From Oscillospiraceae bacterium (GTDB lineage: Bacteria; Bacillota; Clostridia; Oscillospirales; JAAYXM01), in assembly GCA_017435965.1 (NCBI GenBank), contig JAFSEA010000046.1, forward strand, positions 2,974-66,973: DNA of 64,000 nucleotides, written 5' to 3'. Below, in pieces: positions 9,501 to 18,016 of the stretch. The position numbers and the translations under genes were made by a program. The notes below the pieces were generated by a model, which made no database searches, was not told the origin of the DNA, and saw only the letters and a program-made list of their open reading frames with translations. The first letter of the stretch is position 1; every line of letters begins with the position of its first letter.

Positions 9501-12500
9501 TCAAATGACAGCGTTGAGGCTTCCGGCTTTGAATATCAGCTCGGAAACAGCGCAGAGCGTGACTTCACCATTACCGCAGTAAAGGAAGGAACGGTTGAGG
9601 TTACCTTTACCGCAACAATAGACGGAGTTTCCTATCCCTTAACCTTTGATATTGAGGTAAAGGATGACCCCCTTGTATCAACAGGTGTTGATACCGAGGC
9701 AACTGAGCTTCTTGCAGGTGATGCAACATACATTTTTGCAACACCGAAGCTTTCCTCGGGAAGAATTCTCGGTGCATCCTGCGCCACCTCAACCTTTGAG
9801 TCCCTTGATACGGACGTGGCAACCATTGAGGGCGATTTGCTCAGAACTCACAAACCCGGCATTGCAAGAATTAAGACGGTAACAACCTTCAACGGTGTCC
9901 AAGTAGAGGGAATATCTGAAATAGAAGTTCTGGAGGAAGGTCTTTCGGATATTGTTGTAACAGCAGGCGGAAGTGAGTATATCCGCCTCACGGACGAGGG
10001 CGACACCGTTCCCGTCTATGTTGCGGCATATGACAATCTCGGCAGGGAGATAGATGCCGAAAACTGTGAGATTTCAGCAATTTCTCTCACTCCGGAATAT
10101 GCTACACTTGATAGTGACAACAACATCATTCCCGTAAGCGAGGGTGAGGCAAAGTTTGATGTCACCGTTAAGGTTGACGGACGAATTCGTGAAAAAGAGG
10201 TCACACTCACGGTGGTTTACGGAAAGGCGAAATCCACCTACTACACACCGGAAAAGATTGAAGCGGTGCGTGAAAATTATAAAAAGTATTCCTGGGTAAA
10301 ATCAGAAGGAAATGCATATATAAAGAATGCGGATATATATGTGGATAAGCTCGATGAAATATACGACCTTATCCCGTCCGAGGGACTTCCCCGTGCCATA
10401 TGCATAGGAAATTCAAACGATCCACTTGCATACACCTGCCGTTACTGTAATACCAACGTAATGGAAAAATACGGACAGTTTTCTTGGAAACACAATGCAC
10501 TGAACGATCCGTGGAAAATTCAGTGTCCCGAGTGCAAACGCCGATTCCCGTCAAACGACTTCGGCTCATTCTATAAGCTCGGTCTTGATGAATATGGTGA
10601 GTTTTCTCGTGATCGTGCACTTAATGAGCACGCAAAGCTCTTTGGTGACCTCAATGCCGAGGTTGGCTCTGATGCCTACTACGGCTACGGCAAGGGATAT
10701 CTTGAAAACACTCTCTATAAGGATGTTGCAAGTGAACCTCGCTTAAACGGCGGTGTGGGACTTCGCCCCGGCGAAACTGTTGCCACTTGGGGAGTTGATG
10801 ACGGCTGGGGCTATGTTCCGAAGGATGAAAACGGAAAGCCTTATGAAAATGACGGAAATATTGAACGCCATACCTATATTGCGGAATATATCCATTTGGG
10901 ACTCTGGCGACGTCAGGACAGCTCCGATGCAAACGGCGGTCTCATTCAGCGTGCTATCGGTCAATGTGCCCGTGCATATCTCTATACCGGTGATATAAAG
11001 TATGGAAAAGTAGCGGCTGTACTTCTTGACAGAATAGCAGACTTCTATCCTGATTATGATATCGCTCTGTGGTCAGATTTCGCTGTTAATACCGACGGTG
11101 GACTCAACATAGGAAAGACCATGGGTTGTATCTGGGAGTGTGAAGAGGTTGTAAAGCGCGCAGAGGTCTATGATATAGTCTTTGATGCATACGACGACCC
11201 GTCTGTTATCAGCTACATAAATAATAAAGCACAGAATATCAAGATGCGCCACGCAAAGAATACTGCGGCGCAGATACGAACAAATATTGAGGACGGATTC
11301 CTCCGCACAGCACTTAGTGGACTCGTTGACTGTTCGGTTTCCGGCAACTTCGGACTTCCTCAGGAGGCAAACGCAATCGCCGCAGTTGTTCTTGACACAA
11401 TGCCCGAGACTGCAAAGTGGCTTGATTATCTTATGGCTCCCGGCTGGATTCGCTCAAACACATCACCGTGTCTCGGCGGCGGAGTGAGTGAAGTTCTTGT
11501 AAATACCATAGATGCAGACGGTCAGGGCGATGAAGCATCACAGTATAACATCAACTGGCATACTGCCCTTGCGGATATCCAGAATATCCTCGATAACTAC
11601 GACAGATACGACAAGGTAAATCTCTATAACAATCCCAAGTTCGTACAGATGTTCTATTCAAACATTTCCCTTATGTCAACGTATTACAGTCCGCAGATAG
11701 GCGATACGGGAACAACACAGGGCAAAGGACATTGGATAACGAAGAACACAGCTGTTGAAGGCTGGAGAAAGCTCCGCGATCCGCTTTTTGCTCAGGTTGT
11801 ATATAAGCTCAACGGAAATACCGTGGATGGACTTCGCTATTCTTCCTATGAGAAGGATCCGGAGAGACTTGCCGATGAGATACAGGAGGTCATTGATACC
11901 TACGGCCCTCTTGATCTCAAGTCGGAAATGATGACAAACTTCGGTTTTGGTATTCTTCGTGCAGGCGGAGATTATACATACGCAAACAGCGATACCGCAA
12001 AGGAAACAAGCCGCAATATATGGATGTATTTCGGAAAGAATACCGACCACGGTCACGTTGATACATTAAACCTCGGAATGACGGCATTCGGACTTGACTT
12101 TATGCCGGATCTCGGATATCCTGCTCTTACGGGAACAGACCACGAGCGTTACCAATGGACAAGAACAACACTTTCCCATAACAGCGTGGTAGTAAACAAA
12201 AAAGAGCAGACGGAAACAGGAGAAATCCGAGGCAAAATCAAGCACTTTGATGATGCGGGATTTGCGAAGCTTATGGATGTTTCGGCAGACTATTCATATG
12301 AAAGCACGGAGCAGTACCGCAGAAGCGTTATGATGATTGAGGTTGACGATGAAAACGCATATACGGTTGACTTCTTCCGTGTTCTCGGCGGTAACAGCCA
12401 CTTATATAGTTTCCACGCAACGAGTAACGAAATCAGCGGAACAGAAGGCTTGAATCTCACGCCTCAGACAGATGAAAACGGTAATTACATCGGAACGTAT

Positions 12501-14393
12501 GCAGGAGCTGATGTTCCATTCGGACCTGATGCGGCAGGTACTCACGTTGAATCACAGCTTGAAAATCCAATAGGATTTACATGGCTTAAAAACGTAGACC
12601 GGGATGCAGAGCCATCCGATGTATTTGAAGTAAACTTTAAGATTAAGGACTTCAATAAGCAGATTAAGGATGCAAACGGTCTCTATCTGCACATGACTGT
12701 CCACAATGAGGGCAATTCGGAAAAAGGCTCAAAGACAAACGTTGCAATTGCCGAGGGTCTTCCGCCTCAGGCATCAAAGAACAAAAATGTAGATAAGCTC
12801 AAATATCTCCTTATCGAAAACGAAGGAGAGAATCTTGATACTGTTTTCACAACGGTATTTGAACCCTACAGAAACAACCGATATCTCAAATCAAGCGAAG
12901 AGCTCTCACCGGTTATTGTCGGCGGAGTTGAAAACAGCGGTGATGCAAAGCGTGTCATTAAAGTAACTCACGAAAGCGGAAGATGCGATTATATTTTCTG
13001 GGCAACAAACAACACCGTGACATATAAGCTCACCGATGGGGATGTAGAAATTCTCTTCCGTGGCTTTATGGGTGTGTATACACTCAATAGTGACGGAGAG
13101 AACATATACAGATACGTCCACGACGGTGACATTATCGGAGAAGAGACGGATACAAAGGTTGCGGTTGAAGGCGTTATAAAGCGGTTTACCAAGGAGCTTT
13201 CAGAGAACAACAAAATCACAATAATTCCCACAGAGACTGTGACGGATGAAGAGCTTTCGTCTCTTGCCGGAAGGTATGTATTTATTGACAACGGTGCATC
13301 CGTGAGAAGCGGAACGTATGCAATAAAAGGTGCAGAGCGAAGCGGTGAGGATATTGTTCTTGATGTGGGAAGAATTACCGCGATAAGAAGATATAAGGAC
13401 TCAAACGACCTTGAAAAGGGATATGACTATATGATTTCCGAAGGTCAGTCAGTCCGCATACCCCTTTCAATGAGCGATGATTTCGCACCTGAATTTGAAG
13501 CTGTGAGTGATTCACTTTCCGCATCTGCAGGAAGCTCTGTCTCTCTCAGAGTTCGAGCAGAAAGCGAGCTTTCTGAGACTGTGACATATCTTGCGACAAC
13601 TCTTCCGAGAGGAGCAAGCCTTGACAGCGAAACGGGAGCGATTACCTGGACACCGGATAGTTCTCAGGTTGGAAAGAACCACTTTGCAATAACTGCAAGT
13701 GATGAATCGGGAAGAAGTACAACAGTCCACTTCTACATAACGGTCTACGGTTCAACCTCCGGCGGCGGAGGCGGTGGAGCAACAGCCCCCTCTGATAAAC
13801 CCTCAACCGATGTAGGGGAGGATATCATCCTCCCGCCCGCAGAGCCAGATGTCCGATTCACCGACCTCGGAAACCACGCCTGGGCGGAGGATGCAATCAA
13901 TTCTCTCGCCGATAAGGGAATCATAAAGGGAACAAGCGAAACCACATATTCCCCGGCAAACAATATAACAAGAGCAGACTTTGCGATACTCCTTGTAAGA
14001 GCATTTAAAAAGGAATCGGATAACACCGAAAACTTTGACGATGTAAATGAGTCCGACTACTTCGCACGTGAACTTGCGGTCGCCCGAAACACAGGACTCG
14101 TCGGCGGCGTTGGTGACAACAAATTCGCACCAAGAGATAATATCAAGCGTTGCGATATGATGCTTATGGTATATCGAGTAATTAAGGACAAATTTGTAGG
14201 GGCGGATATCATCCTCCCGGAATACGAAGATTTCGACTCCGTCCCCGACTACGCAAAAGAAGCAGTCTCAGCCCTAATCGGCGCAGGACTCGTAAACGGT
14301 AAAAACAACAAAATCGCACCCAACGACAACACAACAAGAGCAGAAGTAGCGGTTCTCTTGCAGAGAGTCCTCGAATTTGTAGCAGAAAAATAA
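6507..14393 (+). CDS. Giant SLH-anchored heparinase II/III-type surface protein, paralog B (2628 aa)
   Basis: RBS AAGGAGA 7 nt upstream; signal peptide MKKLLSLILTTAMLISFLPTVAFA. Contains several Big_2-like domains and three unassigned beta-sandwich-like modules. Core carries CRYC...CPEC, HGHVDTLNLG, PDLGYP and SHNSVVVNKKEQ. Ends with a He_PIG-like domain, a poly-Gly linker and three SLH repeats. Confidence 0.9.
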   Translation: MKKLLSLILTTAMLISFLPTVAFAEDTREEVIYSFLEADYTGLKPDGITYANSNNTLQWVGTTSTNKTKYGWEAGYAFFNIPVGKYAAYKMNIPAKGEYVARLDYICRAAGSVADMYIIQGTPDDIDAAIASATPVFENINFHSTTDKEKKYTTVIFNAETAGEYLMVWVGKDNSVSYAVRPMSLKLTPYTKPVYAETVHTMTDTEIVGRDITFTSHILMSDGERFIPSAEGDGIKAFSETEDTVEIVSESMTDGVYTVTFKTLKTGVAKIKLVSTVEGTPYESVHTLNVIEQPPLSPVDIEMTQDTMRFTDKTAPSETWETDGFELVLEGNKMTTSIARYTPRVIKDPQGKTKYFVQLDTGTKIWPTAANAMFTIRKRIFTPGYYNVSYKGVMLKNTGDYSIYVNGEYAGDFVSNDPNATDAAANLYTKEKSLNTLYLPEGYVEISFRARKIYSGSAFFVPHTVSLVPIEVQEAPEISKVELAISEKIAEGESEDITARVLMSDGTYRHFGLDNEGKADDDNKVIEVISDNPEIIDISEVSFMNIGTSDEIKFKAEAKGVGNTNIRIKVKVDGEEYTEVVPVSGMEYPVLERVDVALERKNIPATRKTEASITLTRSEDGKPYTDEYSVRYESSDTDIATVDEETGEITGQNPGRATIYAYVTDWAGNTVTGSAEIVIAAKPVLNEIKASVDTQLVTGQSKKITVTGQMDDGIPADMEDYVCAFESTDDSVVSVSEDGTVTAVGEGEAAISVTAKNELSKNCSHVIIISVSDDKWAFEVDFSKTQTDESNRGVLHGTPGYTIIEREDTTNYYRIFTFPDTKQNVLQIFTQAKDKRMWPETSDPKGATFAFNVDVSDEGFYGLELFGGLWEGSPTYSLFVDENYVGDHSFHEVGAVQKTDSGKQLNTVYLSEGTHSIRFRLRKKDKDLPYMYVRKLVFSPREDAGFEKIEVELPNELAIGESVSGTARVKMRDGSIRHFGPDFEGNATDEENKFTLDVSNDSVEASGFEYQLGNSAERDFTITAVKEGTVEVTFTATIDGVSYPLTFDIEVKDDPLVSTGVDTEATELLAGDATYIFATPKLSSGRILGASCATSTFESLDTDVATIEGDLLRTHKPGIARIKTVTTFNGVQVEGISEIEVLEEGLSDIVVTAGGSEYIRLTDEGDTVPVYVAAYDNLGREIDAENCEISAISLTPEYATLDSDNNIIPVSEGEAKFDVTVKVDGRIREKEVTLTVVYGKAKSTYYTPEKIEAVRENYKKYSWVKSEGNAYIKNADIYVDKLDEIYDLIPSEGLPRAICIGNSNDPLAYTCRYCNTNVMEKYGQFSWKHNALNDPWKIQCPECKRRFPSNDFGSFYKLGLDEYGEFSRDRALNEHAKLFGDLNAEVGSDAYYGYGKGYLENTLYKDVASEPRLNGGVGLRPGETVATWGVDDGWGYVPKDENGKPYENDGNIERHTYIAEYIHLGLWRRQDSSDANGGLIQRAIGQCARAYLYTGDIKYGKVAAVLLDRIADFYPDYDIALWSDFAVNTDGGLNIGKTMGCIWECEEVVKRAEVYDIVFDAYDDPSVISYINNKAQNIKMRHAKNTAAQIRTNIEDGFLRTALSGLVDCSVSGNFGLPQEANAIAAVVLDTMPETAKWLDYLMAPGWIRSNTSPCLGGGVSEVLVNTIDADGQGDEASQYNINWHTALADIQNILDNYDRYDKVNLYNNPKFVQMFYSNISLMSTYYSPQIGDTGTTQGKGHWITKNTAVEGWRKLRDPLFAQVVYKLNGNTVDGLRYSSYEKDPERLADEIQEVIDTYGPLDLKSEMMTNFGFGILRAGGDYTYANSDTAKETSRNIWMYFGKNTDHGHVDTLNLGMTAFGLDFMPDLGYPALTGTDHERYQWTRTTLSHNSVVVNKKEQTETGEIRGKIKHFDDAGFAKLMDVSADYSYESTEQYRRSVMMIEVDDENAYTVDFFRVLGGNSHLYSFHATSNEISGTEGLNLTPQTDENGNYIGTYAGADVPFGPDAAGTHVESQLENPIGFTWLKNVDRDAEPSDVFEVNFKIKDFNKQIKDANGLYLHMTVHNEGNSEKGSKTNVAIAEGLPPQASKNKNVDKLKYLLIENEGENLDTVFTTVFEPYRNNRYLKSSEELSPVIVGGVENSGDAKRVIKVTHESGRCDYIFWATNNTVTYKLTDGDVEILFRGFMGVYTLNSDGENIYRYVHDGDIIGEETDTKVAVEGVIKRFTKELSENNKITIIPTETVTDEELSSLAGRYVFIDNGASVRSGTYAIKGAERSGEDIVLDVGRITAIRRYKDSNDLEKGYDYMISEGQSVRIPLSMSDDFAPEFEAVSDSLSASAGSSVSLRVRAESELSETVTYLATTLPRGASLDSETGAITWTPDSSQVGKNHFAITASDESGRSTTVHFYITVYGSTSGGGGGGATAPSDKPSTDVGEDIILPPAEPDVRFTDLGNHAWAEDAINSLADKGIIKGTSETTYSPANNITRADFAILLVRAFKKESDNTENFDDVNESDYFARELAVARNTGLVGGVGDNKFAPRDNIKRCDMMLMVYRVIKDKFVGADIILPEYEDFDSVPDYAKEAVSALIGAGLVNGKNNKIAPNDNTTRAEVAVLLQRVLEFVAEK

Positions 14394-14409
14394 AATCCAC
14401 CACGCCGTA

Positions 14410-14433
14410 GGGAACGACCTATGTGTCGTTCCC
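14410..14433 (+). terminator. Stem-loop after paralog B (GGGAACGAC / GTCGTTCCC)
   Basis: Perfect 9-bp stem with a 6-nt loop, 17 nt after the stop. No U-tract, so the terminator role is uncertain. Confidence 0.3.
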
Positions 14434-14473
14434 TCTCGATTTACGAAAAAATCAACATACAGGAGGGAAAACG

Positions 14474-16033
14474 ATGAGAAAATTCATAGCATTTCTTCTT
14501 GCTTCCGTTATGATACTCGCACTTTGTGCCTGTGGAAAAAATACGGAAATGGATAAAGCCGCAGACCATTCCGGCGCAGACAAGACATTTACCGAAAAAA
14601 CAGTTCTCAAATATCTTGTGCCCTCACACGCAAGCTGGCCTGTACGTGAAGACTGGAAGGTATTTGAGTATATGCAGGAGGGCTCGGGCGCAACTCTCGA
14701 CATTATGGTAGTTCCCATGGGAGATGTTGCAACAAAGCTTCCTCTTATGATATCCGATCCAAAGGAGATGCCCGATCTTCTTGCAGGAGACAATAACAAG
14801 AGTTACAACCAATATTGGGGCGAGGGCATTGCGGCTCTTGACGATTTTGCCGAGTATATGCCAAACTACAATGCGTGGCTTGATTCCCTCTCAGATGATG
14901 AATACTATGTTGCGGTAACAAATCGCAAGGCTGCAGACGGCAAGATCTATTACACACCGGGAACGGGACGTGAGGGCAGAACTCGTATGCGTGCATGGCT
15001 TTATCGCGAAGATATCTTCAAAAAGCACAACCTCAAAGTTCCCGAAACCTTCGACGAGCTTTATAAGGTATGTAAGAAGCTTAAGACCATATATCCCGAT
15101 TCATACCCCTTCAGCACAAGAAGTATCTCATATCTCTTCGATATTTTAGGCTCATCCTTCGATAAATGGTGGGAACACGGTCTCTACTATGATTTCGATG
15201 ACGGCGAATGGCGCTGGGGAGCAACCGAAGACACGGCAAAAGAAGTTCTGGAGTTCTATAAGAGGATGGTAAAGGAAGGTCTTATGCCTGCCGATGCCAT
15301 TTCCCTTGAAGTAACGAAATGGAATGAGTATGTTCTCACAGACCGCACCTTTATTATGCCGCATCTCCAGCTCTATATCGACTACTTCAACAGCCGTGCA
15401 CAGGAAAACAATCCCGAGTTCAAGATTGTCGCCATGAAGCCCCCCGTTGCAAACGAGGATACGGGTGTACCCTTGATGGATCGCGGAGACATTGAGCAGA
15501 TTGGTACAGTTATCGGCGATACGGGCGATCAGGAACGAATGATAAATGCCGCAAAGTTTATCGACTGGATGTATACAGACGAAGCTGTTGAGCTTGTTTC
15601 CTGGGGTAAGGAAGGCGAAACCTTTGAATGGGTCGATAAGGAAAAAGGCGAGAGAAGATATATCACAAATGAAAACAACGACCAGGCGAACACGATGTAT
15701 GGCTTCCAGCTCTACGGAACGTTTATAAAGCTTGACCCCACAGCCGCAAAGGCACTTCAGTCCGAAACAACTCTCGAGTGTGAGGATATAGTTATTGATA
15801 GTGCGCTTCCCTATCACAACCCGGGAATGTGGGTGGCTTTGAATGAAGAGGAGCAGGCGGTCATTGACGAAAAATACACAGCTGTATTAAATTATACAGA
15901 GGAAATGATGACAAAGTTCATGCTTGATCAGGAGCCTATGAGCAAGTATGACAGCTTTGTGAAGGAACTCAAGAAAATGGGTGTTGACGAAATCCTTGAG
16001 GCCTACACATCGGCATACGACAGAGTAAAGTAA
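14474..16033 (+). CDS. Extracellular solute-binding lipoprotein (ABC-type carbohydrate SBP, family 1-like)
   Basis: ATG at 14474 is preceded by AGGAGGG. Lipoprotein signal MRKFIAFLLASVMILALCAC (lipobox LALC). The ~520-aa size and composition are typical of LplA/YtcQ-like sugar SBPs. The ORF-track start at 14423 lacks an RBS. Confidence 0.75.
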   Translation: MRKFIAFLLASVMILALCACGKNTEMDKAADHSGADKTFTEKTVLKYLVPSHASWPVREDWKVFEYMQEGSGATLDIMVVPMGDVATKLPLMISDPKEMPDLLAGDNNKSYNQYWGEGIAALDDFAEYMPNYNAWLDSLSDDEYYVAVTNRKAADGKIYYTPGTGREGRTRMRAWLYREDIFKKHNLKVPETFDELYKVCKKLKTIYPDSYPFSTRSISYLFDILGSSFDKWWEHGLYYDFDDGEWRWGATEDTAKEVLEFYKRMVKEGLMPADAISLEVTKWNEYVLTDRTFIMPHLQLYIDYFNSRAQENNPEFKIVAMKPPVANEDTGVPLMDRGDIEQIGTVIGDTGDQERMINAAKFIDWMYTDEAVELVSWGKEGETFEWVDKEKGERRYITNENNDQANTMYGFQLYGTFIKLDPTAAKALQSETTLECEDIVIDSALPYHNPGMWVALNEEEQAVIDEKYTAVLNYTEEMMTKFMLDQEPMSKYDSFVKELKKMGVDEILEAYTSAYDRVK

Positions 16034-16064
16034 ATAAGTAAAAATTTCATCACGACTATTGAAA

Positions 16065-16109
16065 AGCAGTAGTGAACGACAATCAGTCGTTCACTACTGC
16101 TCATTTTTT
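16065..16109. terminator. Bidirectional rho-independent terminator
   Basis: Perfect 16-bp stem AGCAGTAGTGAACGAC / GTCGTTCACTACTGCT with a 5-nt loop, followed by a T-run on + and flanked by an A-run. Lies between convergent genes and overlaps the stop of the AraC gene. Confidence 0.75.
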
Positions 16110-16898
16110 ATGCAAACTTCGTTTATATTCAAGAGGTGTTTTTCCTGTTTCACGGCGGAATATGCGTGAAAAGTTCTGTGGGTCGAGGCCTACATATTCT
16201 GCAGCGGTTGATACCGATATATCTTCGTTTTTGATAAGCGTGCAAAAACGTTCTATTCGAAGTTTGTTGAGATATGCGTGGGGAGACATTCCCGTAACGC
16301 TTTTGAAAAGTGTTGAAAAATAGCTTCGGGCAAGTCCTACGGAGTCTGCGATGTTCGCTATGTCGAGATTTGTGTTATAGTAGTTTTCCATAATACCGAT
16401 TGCACGGCGTATAGGCACTATGCTGTCACTTTTTTGTCCGACACGCGCAAGCTCGCCGAGAATGGAATAGAGAAAAGAGGTGCGCCGAAGCTCGGCACCG
16501 GGGTCTGTGTCGTTTCGTAGCTCATAAAGACCCTCCATGGCGCGGCAAAGAGAAGGAAACATATCCTTTGGTGCAAATGGGTTTGTTGCGGTTATTCCGC
16601 AGCTTGAAAGGATTCGACCAAGCGAAAGTCCATCGAGAGAACACCATATGCCGCGTCTTGGATTTATGTTGGCTGTGGTGTGAATTATTCTGTCTCCCGG
16701 TAAAAGAATATAAAAATCGCCGGGGGAAACGGGGAACTCCAGACCATTGATTATAACAGAGCCATAGCCGGAAATGTTACAATCGAAAATGTATGCCGAA
16801 CGCACGATTGGACCGAAGACTGTTCCGGGTGCAAGGTCCACATCCCGGTCTATTTCGAGAAGTAAAGGTGCACTTTCTGATATCAGGATATTGTTCAT
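16101..16898 (-). CDS. AraC family transcriptional regulator (cupin-like N-domain + HTH_AraC)
   Basis: The C-terminal 100 aa carry the double HTH typical of AraC/XylS (IADSVGLARSYFSTLFKSVTGMSPHAYLNKLRIERF ... AAEYVGLDPQNFSRIFRRETGKTPLEYKR). RBS GGAGG. Confidence 0.85.
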   Translation of the reverse strand: MNNILISESAPLLLEIDRDVDLAPGTVFGPIVRSAYIFDCNISGYGSVIINGLEFPVSPGDFYILLPGDRIIHTTANINPRRGIWCSLDGLSLGRILSSCGITATNPFAPKDMFPSLCRAMEGLYELRNDTDPGAELRRTSFLYSILGELARVGQKSDSIVPIRRAIGIMENYYNTNLDIANIADSVGLARSYFSTLFKSVTGMSPHAYLNKLRIERFCTLIKNEDISVSTAAEYVGLDPQNFSRIFRRETGKTPLEYKRSLHKK

Positions 16899-16909
16899 TT
16901 GCTATACCT

Positions 16910-16944
16910 CCTGACAAAATGAGGATAAACCCTGACAAAATGAG
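16910..16944 (-). promoter_or_regulatory. Two perfect 14-bp direct repeats (CCTGACAAAATGAG) spaced 21 bp, in the leader of the AraC gene
   Basis: The repeats lie at 16910-16923 and 16931-16944. The proximal copy abuts or overlaps the RBS of the 16101-16898 gene. Confidence 0.4.
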
Positions 16945-17009
16945 CTTCAAAAGCTAACAGATTGATGATACAATTATATCATACATAAAACAAAAGGAAA
17001 AGACAAAAA

Positions 17010-17906
17010 TCATTTTTCCGCTTTTATTTCACGATATTTTTTGATGAATTGCAAAGGCGTTATGCCGGTATCCTTTTTAAATTCAACTATGAAATAAGAA
17101 TCGCTGTTGTAACCAACGGCCGATGCGATATTATGAACGGAAAGAGTTGTGTTTGAAAGAAGCACCTTTGCGTATTTTATGCGGGTCTTATTGAGGTACT
17201 TGCTGAAACCCTCGCCAGTGGCTTTTGAAAAGCATTGTAAGAAGTATTTGTAGCTTAAGCCCAGCATCTTCGCAACATCCTCGCCTTTTATGTTGGTTGC
17301 ATAATTTGCATTTATATATTCGGTTGCTTTCTGCATTGAGGAAAGTGAACTGTTTTCATTTTGCAATTCCCTGTATTTTTTTGATTTGTGAACTTTGGAG
17401 TCTTTGAGAATTGCAAGCAGAAGCTTGCATATGTTCAACTTGTGGGATATTTGGGTGAGATAATCGTTCTTGCCGCATTCGCTTATAAGCTCCGATATGG
17501 GATTTGTGAATTCCTTTGATAATTCATCCGCTTTCCAGAGAAGTTTCTGTTCCGGTGAAGTGAGGGAGAAGAAATATTGAAAAAAAGGAGCTTTGCTTTT
17601 TCCCGCCATTTCCGATATCAGTCTTGAGTGAATGTGAAAATAGTAATATTTTCCTCCGCTTCGGGAGACTGCGAATGTTGAGTGTATGGAATATTGAGGG
17701 AAAAGAACGAGGTCTCCTTCATTGGCGGTGAAATTTCTGTCATTTACCGAGATTTCATACGAGCCGTTTGTAATATAAATAAGCTCAACCTGACTGTGAA
17801 TGTGCGGAAGTGCCTCAATTCCGCATTGTTCGGATTGAATCGGCAAGACACGAACACCTTCGGAAAAGTCGAGATGTGAGTCTGATTCATAAAAATACCG
17901 TTCCAT
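17010..17906 (-). CDS. AraC family transcriptional regulator
   Basis: Cupin-like N-terminus (ALPHIHSQVELIYITNGSYE) and a C-terminal AraC HTH (GEDVAKMLGLSYKYFLQCFSKATGEGFSKYLNKTRIKYAK ... IASAVGYNSDSYFIVEFKKDTGITPLQF). Start chosen at MERYFYE (GGGAGA RBS 7 nt upstream) rather than the ORF-track start at 17969. Confidence 0.8.
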   Translation of the reverse strand: MERYFYESDSHLDFSEGVRVLPIQSEQCGIEALPHIHSQVELIYITNGSYEISVNDRNFTANEGDLVLFPQYSIHSTFAVSRSGGKYYYFHIHSRLISEMAGKSKAPFFQYFFSLTSPEQKLLWKADELSKEFTNPISELISECGKNDYLTQISHKLNICKLLLAILKDSKVHKSKKYRELQNENSSLSSMQKATEYINANYATNIKGEDVAKMLGLSYKYFLQCFSKATGEGFSKYLNKTRIKYAKVLLSNTTLSVHNIASAVGYNSDSYFIVEFKKDTGITPLQFIKKYREIKAEK

Positions 17907-18016
17907 AGAAAAATCTCCCATATAGAAATTTTTATATTTTTGCTTGAAATTATTATAACATATACACATTGAAATTGATATAATAAAATTGAAAATATAA
18001 AAAATGGAGAAGTGAA

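Noticed and set aside
14423-14473. 17-aa N-terminal extension of the SBP (MSFPLDLRKNQHTGGKT) given by the ORF track
   Set aside because: The internal ATG at 14474 has a strong AGGAGGG RBS and immediately starts a classical lipoprotein signal. The extension overlaps the upstream stem-loop.
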